Assembly (NCBI GenBank): GCA_023245435.1
Contig: JAHFKH010000004.1
Span: 3,714 to 37,958 of the forward strand
DNA length: 34,245 bases
Direction: 5' to 3'
DNA from: Candidatus Shapirobacteria bacterium
GTDB lineage: Bacteria > Patescibacteriota > Microgenomatia > UBA12405
The translations under genes and the position numbers were made by a program. Below, piece after piece: positions 1 to 8,785 of the stretch. Position 1 is the first letter of the stretch. Each line of letters begins with the position of its first letter. The notes beneath the pieces are model-generated. The model worked only from the letters and a program-made list of their open reading frames with translations. It was not told the DNA's origin and searched no databases.

Positions 1-2
1 AA

Positions 3-521
3 GCGATAGAATTGGTTAAAACCACTTCTCTTTCCAAATTTGATGGCAAAATTGAAGCCCACATTTTGGGTTTCGATATGGGAAACATTGGCGAAATCGC
101 TTTCCCTCACCTCGAATTAGGTAAAAAGAAAATCGTCATTTTAGACGACAAAATTTTAGCCGAAATCAAAGATGGTAAAGTTAATTTTGACATTTTAATT
201 GCCACTCCTGTCACCATGCCAAAATTATTACCATTTGCCAAAATTTTGGGTCCAAAAGGTTTAATGCCCAATCCTAAAAATGGCACCTTAACTGATAAAC
301 CAGAAGAAGCAGTTAAAAGATTGTCGGTTGCCAAAACCATGATCAAATCTGAGAAAAAAGCTCCTGTTATTCATCAAGTTGTTGGTACAGTTTCTCAAAA
401 AACTGAAGAAATTATTGCCAACATCAATGAATTGATCAAAGTGGTCAAACCCATCAAGATCAAAAAATTAGTTCTCTGTGCCACCATGGGTCCAGGAATT
501 AAGTGTGAAGTTTTAAAATAA
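3..521 (+). CDS. rplA: 50S ribosomal protein L1, 5' end cut by window edge
   Basis: Frame is open from nt 3 (AIELVKTTSLSKFDGKIEAHI...). Shows the L1 motif ATPxxMPKLxPxAKILGPKGLMPNPKNGT. Hairpin plus T-run follows. Confidence 0.9.
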   Translation, partial: AIELVKTTSLSKFDGKIEAHILGFDMGNIGEIAFPHLELGKKKIVILDDKILAEIKDGKVNFDILIATPVTMPKLLPFAKILGPKGLMPNPKNGTLTDKPEEAVKRLSVAKTMIKSEKKAPVIHQVVGTVSQKTEEIIANINELIKVVKPIKIKKLVLCATMGPGIKCEVLK

Positions 522-538
522 ATAATTTAAAAACTTTA

Positions 539-567
539 ATCTCCCGATGCACATCGGGAGATTTTTT
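539..567 (+). terminator. Rho-independent terminator after rplA
   Basis: atctcccgatg / catcgggagat inverted repeat followed by tttttt. Confidence 0.8.
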
Positions 568-575
568 GTTATAAT
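567..575 (+). promoter_or_regulatory. Extended -10 box TGTTATAAT upstream of the Hsp70-like gene
   Basis: Exact TGnTATAAT 20 nt upstream of the ATG at 596. Confidence 0.5.
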
Positions 576-595
576 AAAAATCTATTTAACCCTCC

Positions 596-1963
596 ATGTC
601 CAAAATCAAAAACAATTTCCACTGCGGAATTGATTTTGGAACTACCAACTCCTCCCTCGCCATTTGTACCGACAATAATACAAAAGTAATTCCTATAGAC
701 AGGCAAAATCCTAACAATAAAATTTTAAAATCCTTAATTTATTTAAATCCCAAACAAGAAATTGCCATTGGTCATGACGCCATCAACCGATATTTAGACG
801 ATTTAAAAAATCTCCCCTCTGTCCCTCTTCGGTTGGAATTTACCGGTCGCATGATCAAAACTTTTGGTCCCTCCACTGGTGGTGGAGTAGGTCCTGTTAT
901 TTTTGTTCCCGAAATTGTCGAAGTTGACGATAGTGGTCGCGGTCGATTATTACAATCTTTAAAATCAGTTTTAACTAGCTCCACTTTTACTGGCACCAAT
1001 ATTTTTGGCAAATTTTATAGTTTGGAGGATTTATTAACTTTATTATTAAAAGAAATAAAAACTAGAGCGCAAACAGAAATTGGTTACGAACTAACCTCGG
1101 CCGTCATTGGTCGACCAGTCAAATATGTGGGGACATCAGAAAACAAAATTGCCCTCGACCGAATGCACACTATTGCCAAAAACGCTGGTTTTAAAGAAGT
1201 TCAATTCGAATACGAACCAGTTGGTGCCGCTCTTGATTATGGAATTAATTCCACCACTTCGCAAAAAGTTTTAGTTTATGATTTTGGCGGTGGAACATTA
1301 GATATTTGTATAATGGAGCTCCCCAGTAAAAAAATATTATCGGTTTCCGGTCGTGGTCTGGGCGGTGATTTACTAGATTCTCATTTAGCACTTAATAAAT
1401 TAGCCCCTCATTTTGGGCTAAATTCAATTATTAATCACAAAATGCCATTTCCCCGCTATTTATTTTCCACCTTTACCTCATGGTACATGGCTACCCTCCA
1501 AAAAACTGTTAAAAATCACGACACTTTGGAAGAACTGGCTGTCAAATCATCACAACCCGACCAAGTTCGTAATTTAATTGCTCTAATTTTCAATGATTAT
1601 GGTTTTGAATTTTTTCAAACCTTAGATCAATCTAAAATAAATTTATCAACTCAAAAACTAACTAATTTTGTTTTTAATCGACCAAATTTATCTATTACAG
1701 AAAATATTTCTGTAAATGATTTTGAAACTGCTATTATTCCCGATTTAGAAACTTCGCAAGATTGTATCAATGAGGCTCTAAATTTAGCCAATTTAAAACC
1801 CAATCAAATTGATAAAGTAATTTTAACTGGTGGTTCTTCCCAAGTACCCATTTTTATCAAACAACTATCTGACATCTTTACTTCTGATAAACTGACAATC
1901 TCGAGTCATTTCACTTCCGTCGCCTCCGGTCTCGCCCTGCGAGCCGAACAATTATTTATGTAG
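596..1963 (+). CDS. Hsp70/actin-fold ATPase, YegD-like (nucleotide-binding domain only, no substrate-binding domain)
   Basis: N-terminal phosphate-1 motif GIDFGTTNSSLA, phosphate-2 VLVYDFGGGTLD, C-terminal ILTGGSSQVP; the ~455 aa length is typical of YegD-type proteins. Confidence 0.8.
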   Translation: MSKIKNNFHCGIDFGTTNSSLAICTDNNTKVIPIDRQNPNNKILKSLIYLNPKQEIAIGHDAINRYLDDLKNLPSVPLRLEFTGRMIKTFGPSTGGGVGPVIFVPEIVEVDDSGRGRLLQSLKSVLTSSTFTGTNIFGKFYSLEDLLTLLLKEIKTRAQTEIGYELTSAVIGRPVKYVGTSENKIALDRMHTIAKNAGFKEVQFEYEPVGAALDYGINSTTSQKVLVYDFGGGTLDICIMELPSKKILSVSGRGLGGDLLDSHLALNKLAPHFGLNSIINHKMPFPRYLFSTFTSWYMATLQKTVKNHDTLEELAVKSSQPDQVRNLIALIFNDYGFEFFQTLDQSKINLSTQKLTNFVFNRPNLSITENISVNDFETAIIPDLETSQDCINEALNLANLKPNQIDKVILTGGSSQVPIFIKQLSDIFTSDKLTISSHFTSVASGLALRAEQLFM

Positions 1964-2216
1964 TCAAACCCGCTCTAATGTAGGTTTTTATTAATGATTG
2001 ATATGGAATATTTGATTCGTTAGCTTTTTCTTTAATCCGGCTCAACATAAATTTTGGTAATCGAATTGAAATTGATTCTGAAGTTGGCTTTAAATTAGGA
2101 AAACTAACTTTTTCAAAATCACTAGAATCAAAATAATCAGCCAAAGAAATTTTTGACCAAAAGTTCCTCTCAGCATCTTCGTTTTTAAATTTGGGAATTT
2201 TAAGCATTTTCTTCAT
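1956..2216 (-). CDS. BrnA-like / CopG-type antitoxin (RHH), with no adjacent toxin
   Basis: KFKNEDAERNFW...SFPNLKPTSESISIRLPKFMLSRIKEKANESNIPYQSLIKTYI matches the BrnA antitoxin pattern. AAGGAG Shine-Dalgarno overlaps the ddl stop codon. Confidence 0.7.
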   Translation of the reverse strand: MKKMLKIPKFKNEDAERNFWSKISLADYFDSSDFEKVSFPNLKPTSESISIRLPKFMLSRIKEKANESNIPYQSLIKTYIRAGLTT

Positions 2217-2231
2217 ATAATTTTTTCTCCT

Positions 2232-3095
2232 TTATTCTAACGCCAAATCAATAATTTTATCCAACAATTGCGAATAACTTATTCCAATTACAGAAGCTTC
2301 TTTGGGAATTAACGAATGTGACGTCATCCCCGGAAGCGTATTAATTTCCAAGATATATGTTTTATTTTTATGAATTATAAAATCAATTCGAGCATACCCT
2401 CTAGCTTTTACTGCCAAATAAACCTGTCTTGCTAATTCCTGTACCTCTTCCGTTAATTTTTTACTAATTTTAGCAGGACAATTATATTCCGACTTATCAT
2501 CACTATACTTTGCTTCATAGTTATAAAACCCAACCTTAGGCATAATTTCTACTACAGGTAAAACAATAATATCTTTATTGCCAATGACCCCACACGACAG
2601 TTCTATTCCTTCCAAATACTCCTCAATCAACACTTCGTCATCATATTTTTTGGCATTTTGGATAGCTTTAGATAAATCATTTTGCTGTTTTACAATGGTT
2701 ACCCCAATACTTGATCCACCATTAACGGGTTTTACCACGCAAGGAATTTTATTAGTCAATTTAGCCATAGGCAATTTTAATCTCTCCATTACCCATCGAA
2801 AAATCATTTTATCCATACCAACAGCCGAGGCCAAAACCCCCGATCCGGTATATTTTATTCCCTTGGTTTCCAAATACCCCTGAATTTGTCCATCCTCTCC
2901 CCCTTTTCCATGTAAAGCCAACAATGCCACATCACAACCATCAATTTTATTTAAATCTTTTGGTAAATCCACTTTAACAACTTCATATTTATTCAAATCT
3001 AAATGTTTAACCATCTCGTTCCCTGTCATCAGTGACACTTCCCTCTCCGAGCTTTCTCCCCCCATCAACACGGCCACTTTTAGTTTTTTGTGCAT
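2232..3095 (-). CDS. ddl: D-alanine--D-alanine ligase
   Basis: KVAVLMGGESSEREVSLMTG start, HGKGGEDGQIQG, ATP-grasp core, C-terminal EINTLPGMT motif. Confidence 0.9.
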   Translation of the reverse strand: MHKKLKVAVLMGGESSEREVSLMTGNEMVKHLDLNKYEVVKVDLPKDLNKIDGCDVALLALHGKGGEDGQIQGYLETKGIKYTGSGVLASAVGMDKMIFRWVMERLKLPMAKLTNKIPCVVKPVNGGSSIGVTIVKQQNDLSKAIQNAKKYDDEVLIEEYLEGIELSCGVIGNKDIIVLPVVEIMPKVGFYNYEAKYSDDKSEYNCPAKISKKLTEEVQELARQVYLAVKARGYARIDFIIHKNKTYILEINTLPGMTSHSLIPKEASVIGISYSQLLDKIIDLALE

Positions 3096-3100
3096 TATCT

Positions 3101-3108
3101 ATTATAAT
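3101..3108. promoter_or_regulatory. Palindromic -10 element ATTATAAT in the 20-bp ddl/murF divergent spacer
   Basis: Reads TATAAT on both strands. It lies 7 nt from the murF GTG (3116) and 5 nt from the ddl ATG (3095). Confidence 0.5.
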
Positions 3109-3115
3109 ATAGTCA

Positions 3116-4315
3116 GTGAAAAAATATTTATCGCTCCTTTTGCTTTACTATTTCCGGTTTTTTGCGAGACTCCAGCTTCTAAAAAACCGAAAAATGACCA
3201 TTGTCGGTGTCACAGGCTCGGCTGGTAAAAGCTCGGCTATCAGTGTTTGTCAAGCTGCCTTAGGTTCAAAATATAAAATCAAAACCAATAATGGCACCAA
3301 TTCTGAATCTGGCATTCCTTTTGCCATATTGGGCATAAAAATTTCTGGTTATTCCCCTATAGATTGGCTAAAATACATACTCTTGGCACCAATACAGTTA
3401 ATTTCTAACTGGCAAAAATATGACATTTATTTGTGTGAAATGGGCGTCGATGGACCCGATTCGCCCAAAAATATGTCTTTTCTTCTTACAATTATTAAGC
3501 CCCAAATTGGTATTTTTCTCAATGCTAATTTGTCTCATTCCCAAAATTTTGACCAAACTTTACCCACCGACCAAATCCTATTAAAAATCGGATTAGAAAA
3601 ATCAAAATTAATCACCTCTCTCCCCTCCACTGGTTTTGCCCTTATCAACAACAATGATCCAATTGTTGCTAAAACCACTCAAAATACTTTGGCCAAAAAA
3701 ATATATTTAAAACCAATTCATATTGATTTTTCCAATTTTGCCACTCCCCAAAGTTTTGATGTTTCAATTTCGGCCGCCATTAACTTAGCTCAAATTTTTA
3801 ACATCAATCAAACCGAGGCTATAAATAATATAAAAAATAATTTAATCCTTCCTCCCGGCCGCTGTTCTATTTTAAATGGCATTAACAATTCCACTATTAT
3901 TGATAGTTCTTACAACTCCTCCCCCTTGGCTTGTAGTGAAATGTTGGATATCTTAAAAAAATATCCATCACCACGAATTGCCGTTTTGGGTGATATGCGC
4001 GAATTGGGTCTTCAATCAAAATCCGCCCATCAAAATATATATCAACTCGCTTTAAAATCGGCTGATACTATTATTAGTATCGGAACTGATACCAACAAAC
4101 ACTTTGGTGATAAAGCTATAAAATTTTTAAATTATTCTGACGCCTCAATATACCTCATCAAAAATTTACCCAAAAATGCCACTGTTTTAGTCAAAGGTTC
4201 CCAAAATACAATTTTTCTCGAAGAGTTAGTTAAATCAATTCTTAAAAACCCCGCCGACGCAAATAAACTTTGTCGTCAATCCCCCTATTGGCTAAAAATA
4301 AAATCTGTTCATTGA
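3116..4315 (+). CDS. murF: Short-form UDP-MurNAc-tripeptide--D-Ala-D-Ala ligase (Mur ligase family, lacks the N-terminal domain)
   Basis: P-loop GVTGSAGKSS at residues ~32-41, DSSYNSSP and LGDMRELG MurF-type motifs; divergent neighbour of ddl; GTG start. Confidence 0.75.
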   Translation: MKKYLSLLLLYYFRFFARLQLLKNRKMTIVGVTGSAGKSSAISVCQAALGSKYKIKTNNGTNSESGIPFAILGIKISGYSPIDWLKYILLAPIQLISNWQKYDIYLCEMGVDGPDSPKNMSFLLTIIKPQIGIFLNANLSHSQNFDQTLPTDQILLKIGLEKSKLITSLPSTGFALINNNDPIVAKTTQNTLAKKIYLKPIHIDFSNFATPQSFDVSISAAINLAQIFNINQTEAINNIKNNLILPPGRCSILNGINNSTIIDSSYNSSPLACSEMLDILKKYPSPRIAVLGDMRELGLQSKSAHQNIYQLALKSADTIISIGTDTNKHFGDKAIKFLNYSDASIYLIKNLPKNATVLVKGSQNTIFLEELVKSILKNPADANKLCRQSPYWLKIKSVH

Positions 4316-4332
4316 TACCATCTCAAAAAACA

Positions 4333-4338
4333 TATAAT
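4333..4338 (+). promoter_or_regulatory. -10 box TATAAT 8 nt upstream of the ATG at 4347 (leaderless-type arrangement)
   Basis: Exact hexamer; no Shine-Dalgarno between it and the start codon. Confidence 0.45.
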
Positions 4339-4346
4339 ATCTTTAT

Positions 4347-5444
4347 ATGTTTAATCTATTTTCCAAAAAAGAACCAGTTACTGTTGCCCCTATTAAAGTT
4401 GAACCAAAACCAAACACCAATGGTCAACTAAATATTGACAAAGAAGCTTTAAAAAATATTAAATTGGTCACTGTCGCCTACTCTCACGTCGAACGCGACA
4501 TGTTTCCTACTCAAGATGCCTACGATGCCGAAATTGAAGTCGAAGACCGCGCCAAAGAAGTCGCCGATGTCATCAAAGAATTGGGCATCGAAGTCAAACT
4601 AACCCCCGGCAATCAATATTTATTAACTACACTATTAGTCGACAAACCAGATGTGGTTATCAATTTGGTCGACACTCTTCGGGGCAAAGACCGTCTGCAA
4701 ACTTCTGTTCCCGCCTCACTTGAATTAAGTAATATCCCCTACACTGGTGCCGGTATGGAAGGATTAATTATTGGTAACGATCGTAATTTAACCAAAAGAC
4801 TATTAATTGCCTACGACATTCCCACTCCTGCTTTTCAATATATTCGTCGTGCTGGCACTGCTATTCAAGAAGATTTGGGTTTGCCCTTGATTGTAAAACT
4901 TTGTGGTTCCGGTGGATCTGTTGGTATTGACAATCACGCTGTCAAAGAAACCATTAAAGAAGCTCAAAATAAAGCTGACAAAATGCTTAGTGTATACAAA
5001 ATGCCTGTTATTGTTGAACAATTTGTTGATGGCCCCGAAATTACAGTTTGCATTTTTGATGATGGCATCAAAAATCATGTTTTTATGGCTCAAAAAGTTT
5101 TCCGCAAAAAACCCGATGGTAAACATTATTTTACCAGCATCGAATCGTATGAAGATGCTCGAGCCTACACCTACACTCCTGTCGAAGAACCAATTCAAAC
5201 CAAAATTTCGCGACTGGCCATTCGCGCTTTTAATGCTCTAAATCACAAAGATTACGCCAAATTTGATATTCGTTACAACGAAGCCACCAATACCCCCTAC
5301 TTTACCGACAGTAATCCTAATACTGCTTTTGGTCCTGATATGGGATTGCCATTTACTGAAGTTGCCGCTATGTATCATGTCAGTTTTAAAGACATTGTTG
5401 CTTCTATGCTCAGTAAATATGGTAAACAAATTTCCAAATCTTAA
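4347..5444 (+). CDS. ATP-grasp enzyme of the D-Ala-D-Ala ligase family (second paralog, ~45-aa N-terminal extension)
   Basis: Ddl-like layout: LVDTLRGKDRLQ, NDRNLTKRLL, LPLIVKLCGSGGSVGI, VIVEQFVDGPEITV, FDIRY...TPYFTDSNPNTAFG. Confidence 0.75.
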   Translation: MFNLFSKKEPVTVAPIKVEPKPNTNGQLNIDKEALKNIKLVTVAYSHVERDMFPTQDAYDAEIEVEDRAKEVADVIKELGIEVKLTPGNQYLLTTLLVDKPDVVINLVDTLRGKDRLQTSVPASLELSNIPYTGAGMEGLIIGNDRNLTKRLLIAYDIPTPAFQYIRRAGTAIQEDLGLPLIVKLCGSGGSVGIDNHAVKETIKEAQNKADKMLSVYKMPVIVEQFVDGPEITVCIFDDGIKNHVFMAQKVFRKKPDGKHYFTSIESYEDARAYTYTPVEEPIQTKISRLAIRAFNALNHKDYAKFDIRYNEATNTPYFTDSNPNTAFGPDMGLPFTEVAAMYHVSFKDIVASMLSKYGKQISKS

Positions 5445-6006
5445 ACGAATTGCTCAAATAAATAGTTATTATTGTGGCCCGGCCTCGCTACAAATGTTGT
5501 TTAGTTTTTACAATGTTGACATTGAACAACAGCAAGTTGTCGATTATTTAGGTATTAACGACAAAATTATAAACTTTGGGACCACCATTCAAGAATTAGG
5601 TACTTTTGTCAAAGATTTATATCCCCAATATCAATTTTGGTACAAATTAAATTCTTCAATTACTGAATTATCACAAATAATAAACGAGTATAAATACCCT
5701 GTTGGCGTTGAGTGGCAGGGAGTTTTTGATTATCCCGACGAGGAAAAATCAGAAGACGAAGATGATGACCCAGGTCACTTGGCTGTCATTACTGAGATAA
5801 ATACCAGTAAAAATTATATTTATATTGCCGATCCGGATATACATTATGCCGGTAAAGACCGAAAATTTTCTATTCTTCAGTTTGAACGTCGTTGGTGGGA
5901 TATAAATGTTATTAACCATCAAGAAATTGATGATTATCACGGGCTTTTTTTTATTTCCCCTCAAAATATTTCCTTCCCCCCAGAATTTCAACTTCTCAAG
6001 CCTTAA
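5419..6006 (+). CDS. Papain-like cysteine peptidase, C39-like (Peptidase_C39_2-type)
   Basis: QINSYYCGPASLQMLFSFY (catalytic Cys context), PGHLAVITEI (His), IADPD (Asp). The ATG at 5419 is preferred over the track start 5263, which lies inside the ATP-grasp gene. 26-nt overlap with the upstream gene. Confidence 0.6.
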   Translation: MVNKFPNLKRIAQINSYYCGPASLQMLFSFYNVDIEQQQVVDYLGINDKIINFGTTIQELGTFVKDLYPQYQFWYKLNSSITELSQIINEYKYPVGVEWQGVFDYPDEEKSEDEDDDPGHLAVITEINTSKNYIYIADPDIHYAGKDRKFSILQFERRWWDINVINHQEIDDYHGLFFISPQNISFPPEFQLLKP

Positions 6007-6571
6007 ATTCTTTTTCTTTTTTCATTTCCCGCTCAATCAAATTTCTCAAAAACACCGATCGAGGAATCATTCTCTTTTGCGCCACCCAATCCAAATAACT
6101 CAAAATTTTGGGTGAGACAAAAAAATTAAAACGGACATCACTATTTTGCTTGGCCGCTTCTACCGCTTTAATTAATTCATCGTGTAAATTATTTTTATTG
6201 TAAGCCACCCAAATTACTTTTTCGGTACTAACCCCTTTAAACAACATTGGTTCTTTACCTTCCTCATCTGAATACATCACAATCACAGGTTTACCTTTTT
6301 CAATTGCCAAAGTTATTTCGTGTCCAATATGAAGAGTTGAAGGGAAAGAAGCTTCAAATACTGAGAAATCGCTTTTGTCGAGTGATTTAACTATTTCTTT
6401 GTGAAAATCAAATTTTTGAATCGCCGACAATTGTTCTTTTCCCTTTGCCCATTTATCTATTGTATTGTCGATAACACTGTAACCTTCATCCTTTAAAAAA
6501 CCCACTATTTTTTTATATACCTCACTATATTGGTCTCGGTAAAAACGTGATCCGGAAAAATATACTTTCAT
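5996..6571 (-). CDS. Nucleoside 2-deoxyribosyltransferase-like domain fused to a C-terminal ribbon-helix-helix domain
   Basis: MKVYFSGS start, SDFSVFEAS...GHEITLAIEKGKPVIVMY (NDT-like fold pattern); C-terminal RFNFFVSPKILSYLDWVAQKRMIPRSVFLRNLIEREM looks like beta-alpha-alpha RHH; TATAAT 8 nt upstream of the ATG. Confidence 0.5.
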   Translation of the reverse strand: MKVYFSGSRFYRDQYSEVYKKIVGFLKDEGYSVIDNTIDKWAKGKEQLSAIQKFDFHKEIVKSLDKSDFSVFEASFPSTLHIGHEITLAIEKGKPVIVMYSDEEGKEPMLFKGVSTEKVIWVAYNKNNLHDELIKAVEAAKQNSDVRFNFFVSPKILSYLDWVAQKRMIPRSVFLRNLIEREMKKEKEFKA

Positions 6572-6580
6572 ATTTCTGTA

Positions 6581-7120
6581 TTATATCAGTAAATCTATCT
6601 TTTCATACAAATCTATCCTATTTGCACATGGATAGATATCCGATTTACTATTATATTTTTTTACTATTTTTTTAAAAAATTTTACAGTTGGATAATCAAT
6701 TCCTACTCGTCGATAATAATCACGAGGATTGTAATATTGATTAATAATAATTTGGGACAAAATTAAATTATGCTTAAAACCAAATCTAACTCTTTCAACT
6801 GGGTCGGTAAAATAACGTTTCCATTGCCAAAATATTGTCTGCCATATTGGTTGGATCACCAATATAATTAAATCAGCCTTATCAAAAATTTCTTCAACCT
6901 TATAAATTCCTTCCATGACCCAATTTTTCTTTTTAAAAACTTTATTCAAATCACTCATTATCTTTGAATTTTTATACAAAGGTATTTTATTTTCAATAAT
7001 ATTTGAATAATCTACAAACACATCGTCAAGATCTACATAAGTTAATCCGTATCTATCGGCAATCATTCTTGCCAAAGTACTTTTGCCTCCACCACATGGT
7101 CCAATAATACTTATCTTCAT
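6581..7120 (-). CDS. P-loop NMP-kinase-like ATPase (adenylate kinase / topology-modulation FlaR-like)
   Basis: MKISIIGPCGGGKSTLARMIA Walker A. The ATG at 7120 is preferred over the TTG at 7129 because TATAAT lies 11 nt upstream of it. Confidence 0.7.
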   Translation of the reverse strand: MKISIIGPCGGGKSTLARMIADRYGLTYVDLDDVFVDYSNIIENKIPLYKNSKIMSDLNKVFKKKNWVMEGIYKVEEIFDKADLIILVIQPIWQTIFWQWKRYFTDPVERVRFGFKHNLILSQIIINQYYNPRDYYRRVGIDYPTVKFFKKIVKKYNSKSDIYPCANRIDLYEKIDLLI

Positions 7121-7144
7121 AAAATCCAAGTATTATATCAATAT

Positions 7145-8098
7145 TTACCAAAAAATTCGATACCACTTTATATCGTTTTTCACTGCTTCATCCCAACTTC
7201 CTTTTAAATTATGATCTGCCCCATCATAAATTTGTAACTCTACATCTTTATTTAATAATTGTAAATTATTAACTACCTCAGTTTGCCATTCAACTTTTAC
7301 CTGGCTATCAGCTGTCCCCTGCTCAATCAAAATAGGAGCATTGATCCATTCATAATAATTTTCAAACGCATAACGCCTACCATCATAATATTTTAAAAAT
7401 AAATTGACAAAATCAGTTGCTTTTTGTTTTTCTTCTCCTTCGTCGGCAGTATCAATTAAACTTTGAGGAAATGGATTTGTCATTGGGGCCCACAACACCG
7501 TCGGGTATTTTTCCCCCGTGATTTCTAATACTGACAAGGCAATTTGCCCACCGTTACTATGCGCCCAAATCCCAATTTTATTTTTATCCACCCACGGCAA
7601 TTGTTTGACAGACTGTATCAAATCAAGTACTTCTATAACTTTGTGAAACCTTGCCTCCAACACATCGCTCGATTCATTATCACTATTTCCATAACCCAAA
7701 AAATCCAAACTTATTGTGGCATACCCAGCCCGAGCCAATTCGTCCGCCACTTTCCATGTCCCCGACCCCACATAATACCCTTCTTTTTCTGCATACCCCC
7801 GAATCATGATAATAATTGGTTTATTATATTTACCATCCCAATTTAACATCCCCGATACTTTTTTGCCATCACTCACAAAGCTAATTTCCCGACCTTTTTT
7901 ATTATCAATTTGTTCTGAAATAACTATTGTTGAGCCAACTCCCTGCCTTTTTGCCAAACTATCAAAATCATATTTTTCTAGGCTTTTTTCACTAAATTTT
8001 ACGTTTACCAGCGGGCTTATTACCCCCCGTGGCCAAAAAAAATATATACCAATACTTAAAAATATTACAATCAAAATTAATCCAATCAGCTTCCTCAC
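7145..8098 (-). CDS. Membrane-anchored alpha/beta hydrolase (dienelactone hydrolase / S9-like)
   Basis: N-terminal TM helix, nucleophile elbow GIWAHSNGG, later GTADS and GADHN (Ser-Asp-His order). Confidence 0.7.
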   Translation of the reverse strand: MRKLIGLILIVIFLSIGIYFFWPRGVISPLVNVKFSEKSLEKYDFDSLAKRQGVGSTIVISEQIDNKKGREISFVSDGKKVSGMLNWDGKYNKPIIIMIRGYAEKEGYYVGSGTWKVADELARAGYATISLDFLGYGNSDNESSDVLEARFHKVIEVLDLIQSVKQLPWVDKNKIGIWAHSNGGQIALSVLEITGEKYPTVLWAPMTNPFPQSLIDTADEGEEKQKATDFVNLFLKYYDGRRYAFENYYEWINAPILIEQGTADSQVKVEWQTEVVNNLQLLNKDVELQIYDGADHNLKGSWDEAVKNDIKWYRIFW

Positions 8099-8295
8099 AC
8101 TTCCATTCTATCTCTTGTTTCAAACATTTCTCTTAATAGTTTTTGGTCTTCTTCAACCGTTTTTCCCAAAAACAAATCTTTATTTTCCACACATTTAACA
8201 AACAATTCTCGTGTCAAAACAGGTTCTCCCAAACCTACGTCAAAAACCGCCCGTAAAATATTTAATCTATCCGCTCCTTTAAAAATCCTTGCCAT
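8095..8295 (-). CDS. Hypothetical small protein (66 aa)
   Basis: ORF with 4-nt overlap onto the downstream hydrolase gene; TAGAAT 6 nt upstream of the ATG; no recognisable motif. Confidence 0.4.
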   Translation of the reverse strand: MARIFKGADRLNILRAVFDVGLGEPVLTRELFVKCVENKDLFLGKTVEEDQKLLREMFETRDRMEV

Positions 8296-8383
8296 CCTTT
8301 AATTCTACTCACCTAATCGTCCTTGCCAACCCCCCAAAAATTGTGACTAAATACCCATAATATTTTACCTTTAATAAATACAG

Positions 8384-8392
8384 TGATATAAT
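8384..8392 (+). promoter_or_regulatory. Extended -10 TGATATAAT, 9 nt upstream of the ATG at 8402
   Basis: Exact TGnTATAAT. Confidence 0.45.
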
Positions 8393-8401
8393 CACTGCAA
8401 T

Positions 8402-8764
8402 ATGACAGAAAATACAGATAATAACCCTATAGAAGAAATTATGATGCCGACAGCGTCAGAAATAAATGAAAAATTAAAAAAAGCAGGTATTTTAGGTATG
8501 GGTCGTCAAAATGATAGTTTCCTTAATAAATATATTAAACTCATTGCTGGCAAAAATATTTGTGGTGTAGAACTAGCCGTAAATTGGATGCTAACACTTA
8601 ATGAAAATGATTTAGCTCTTTCACTAGAAGAACAAGCAAAAATTGATAGTAAATTTGGTCAAGTTATTGACTCTTTAATTTCAGATCCAAGCATTACTGA
8701 GAGTGCAAAAATTATGAATATACTAACAGGACCTTCACAATTAATAAGAATAAGAAAAACCTAA
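8402..8764 (+). CDS. Hypothetical protein (120 aa)
   Basis: ORF only; no recognisable motif. Confidence 0.45.
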   Translation: MTENTDNNPIEEIMMPTASEINEKLKKAGILGMGRQNDSFLNKYIKLIAGKNICGVELAVNWMLTLNENDLALSLEEQAKIDSKFGQVIDSLISDPSITESAKIMNILTGPSQLIRIRKT

Positions 8765-8785
8765 TCCACATTTTTATTATTTTTC

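Noticed and set aside
5263-5418. N-terminal 52 codons of the 5263..6006 ORF
   Set aside because: This part overlaps the conserved C-terminus of the ATP-grasp gene in another frame and translates to low-complexity hydrophobic sequence. The peptidase homology starts after the ATG at 5419.
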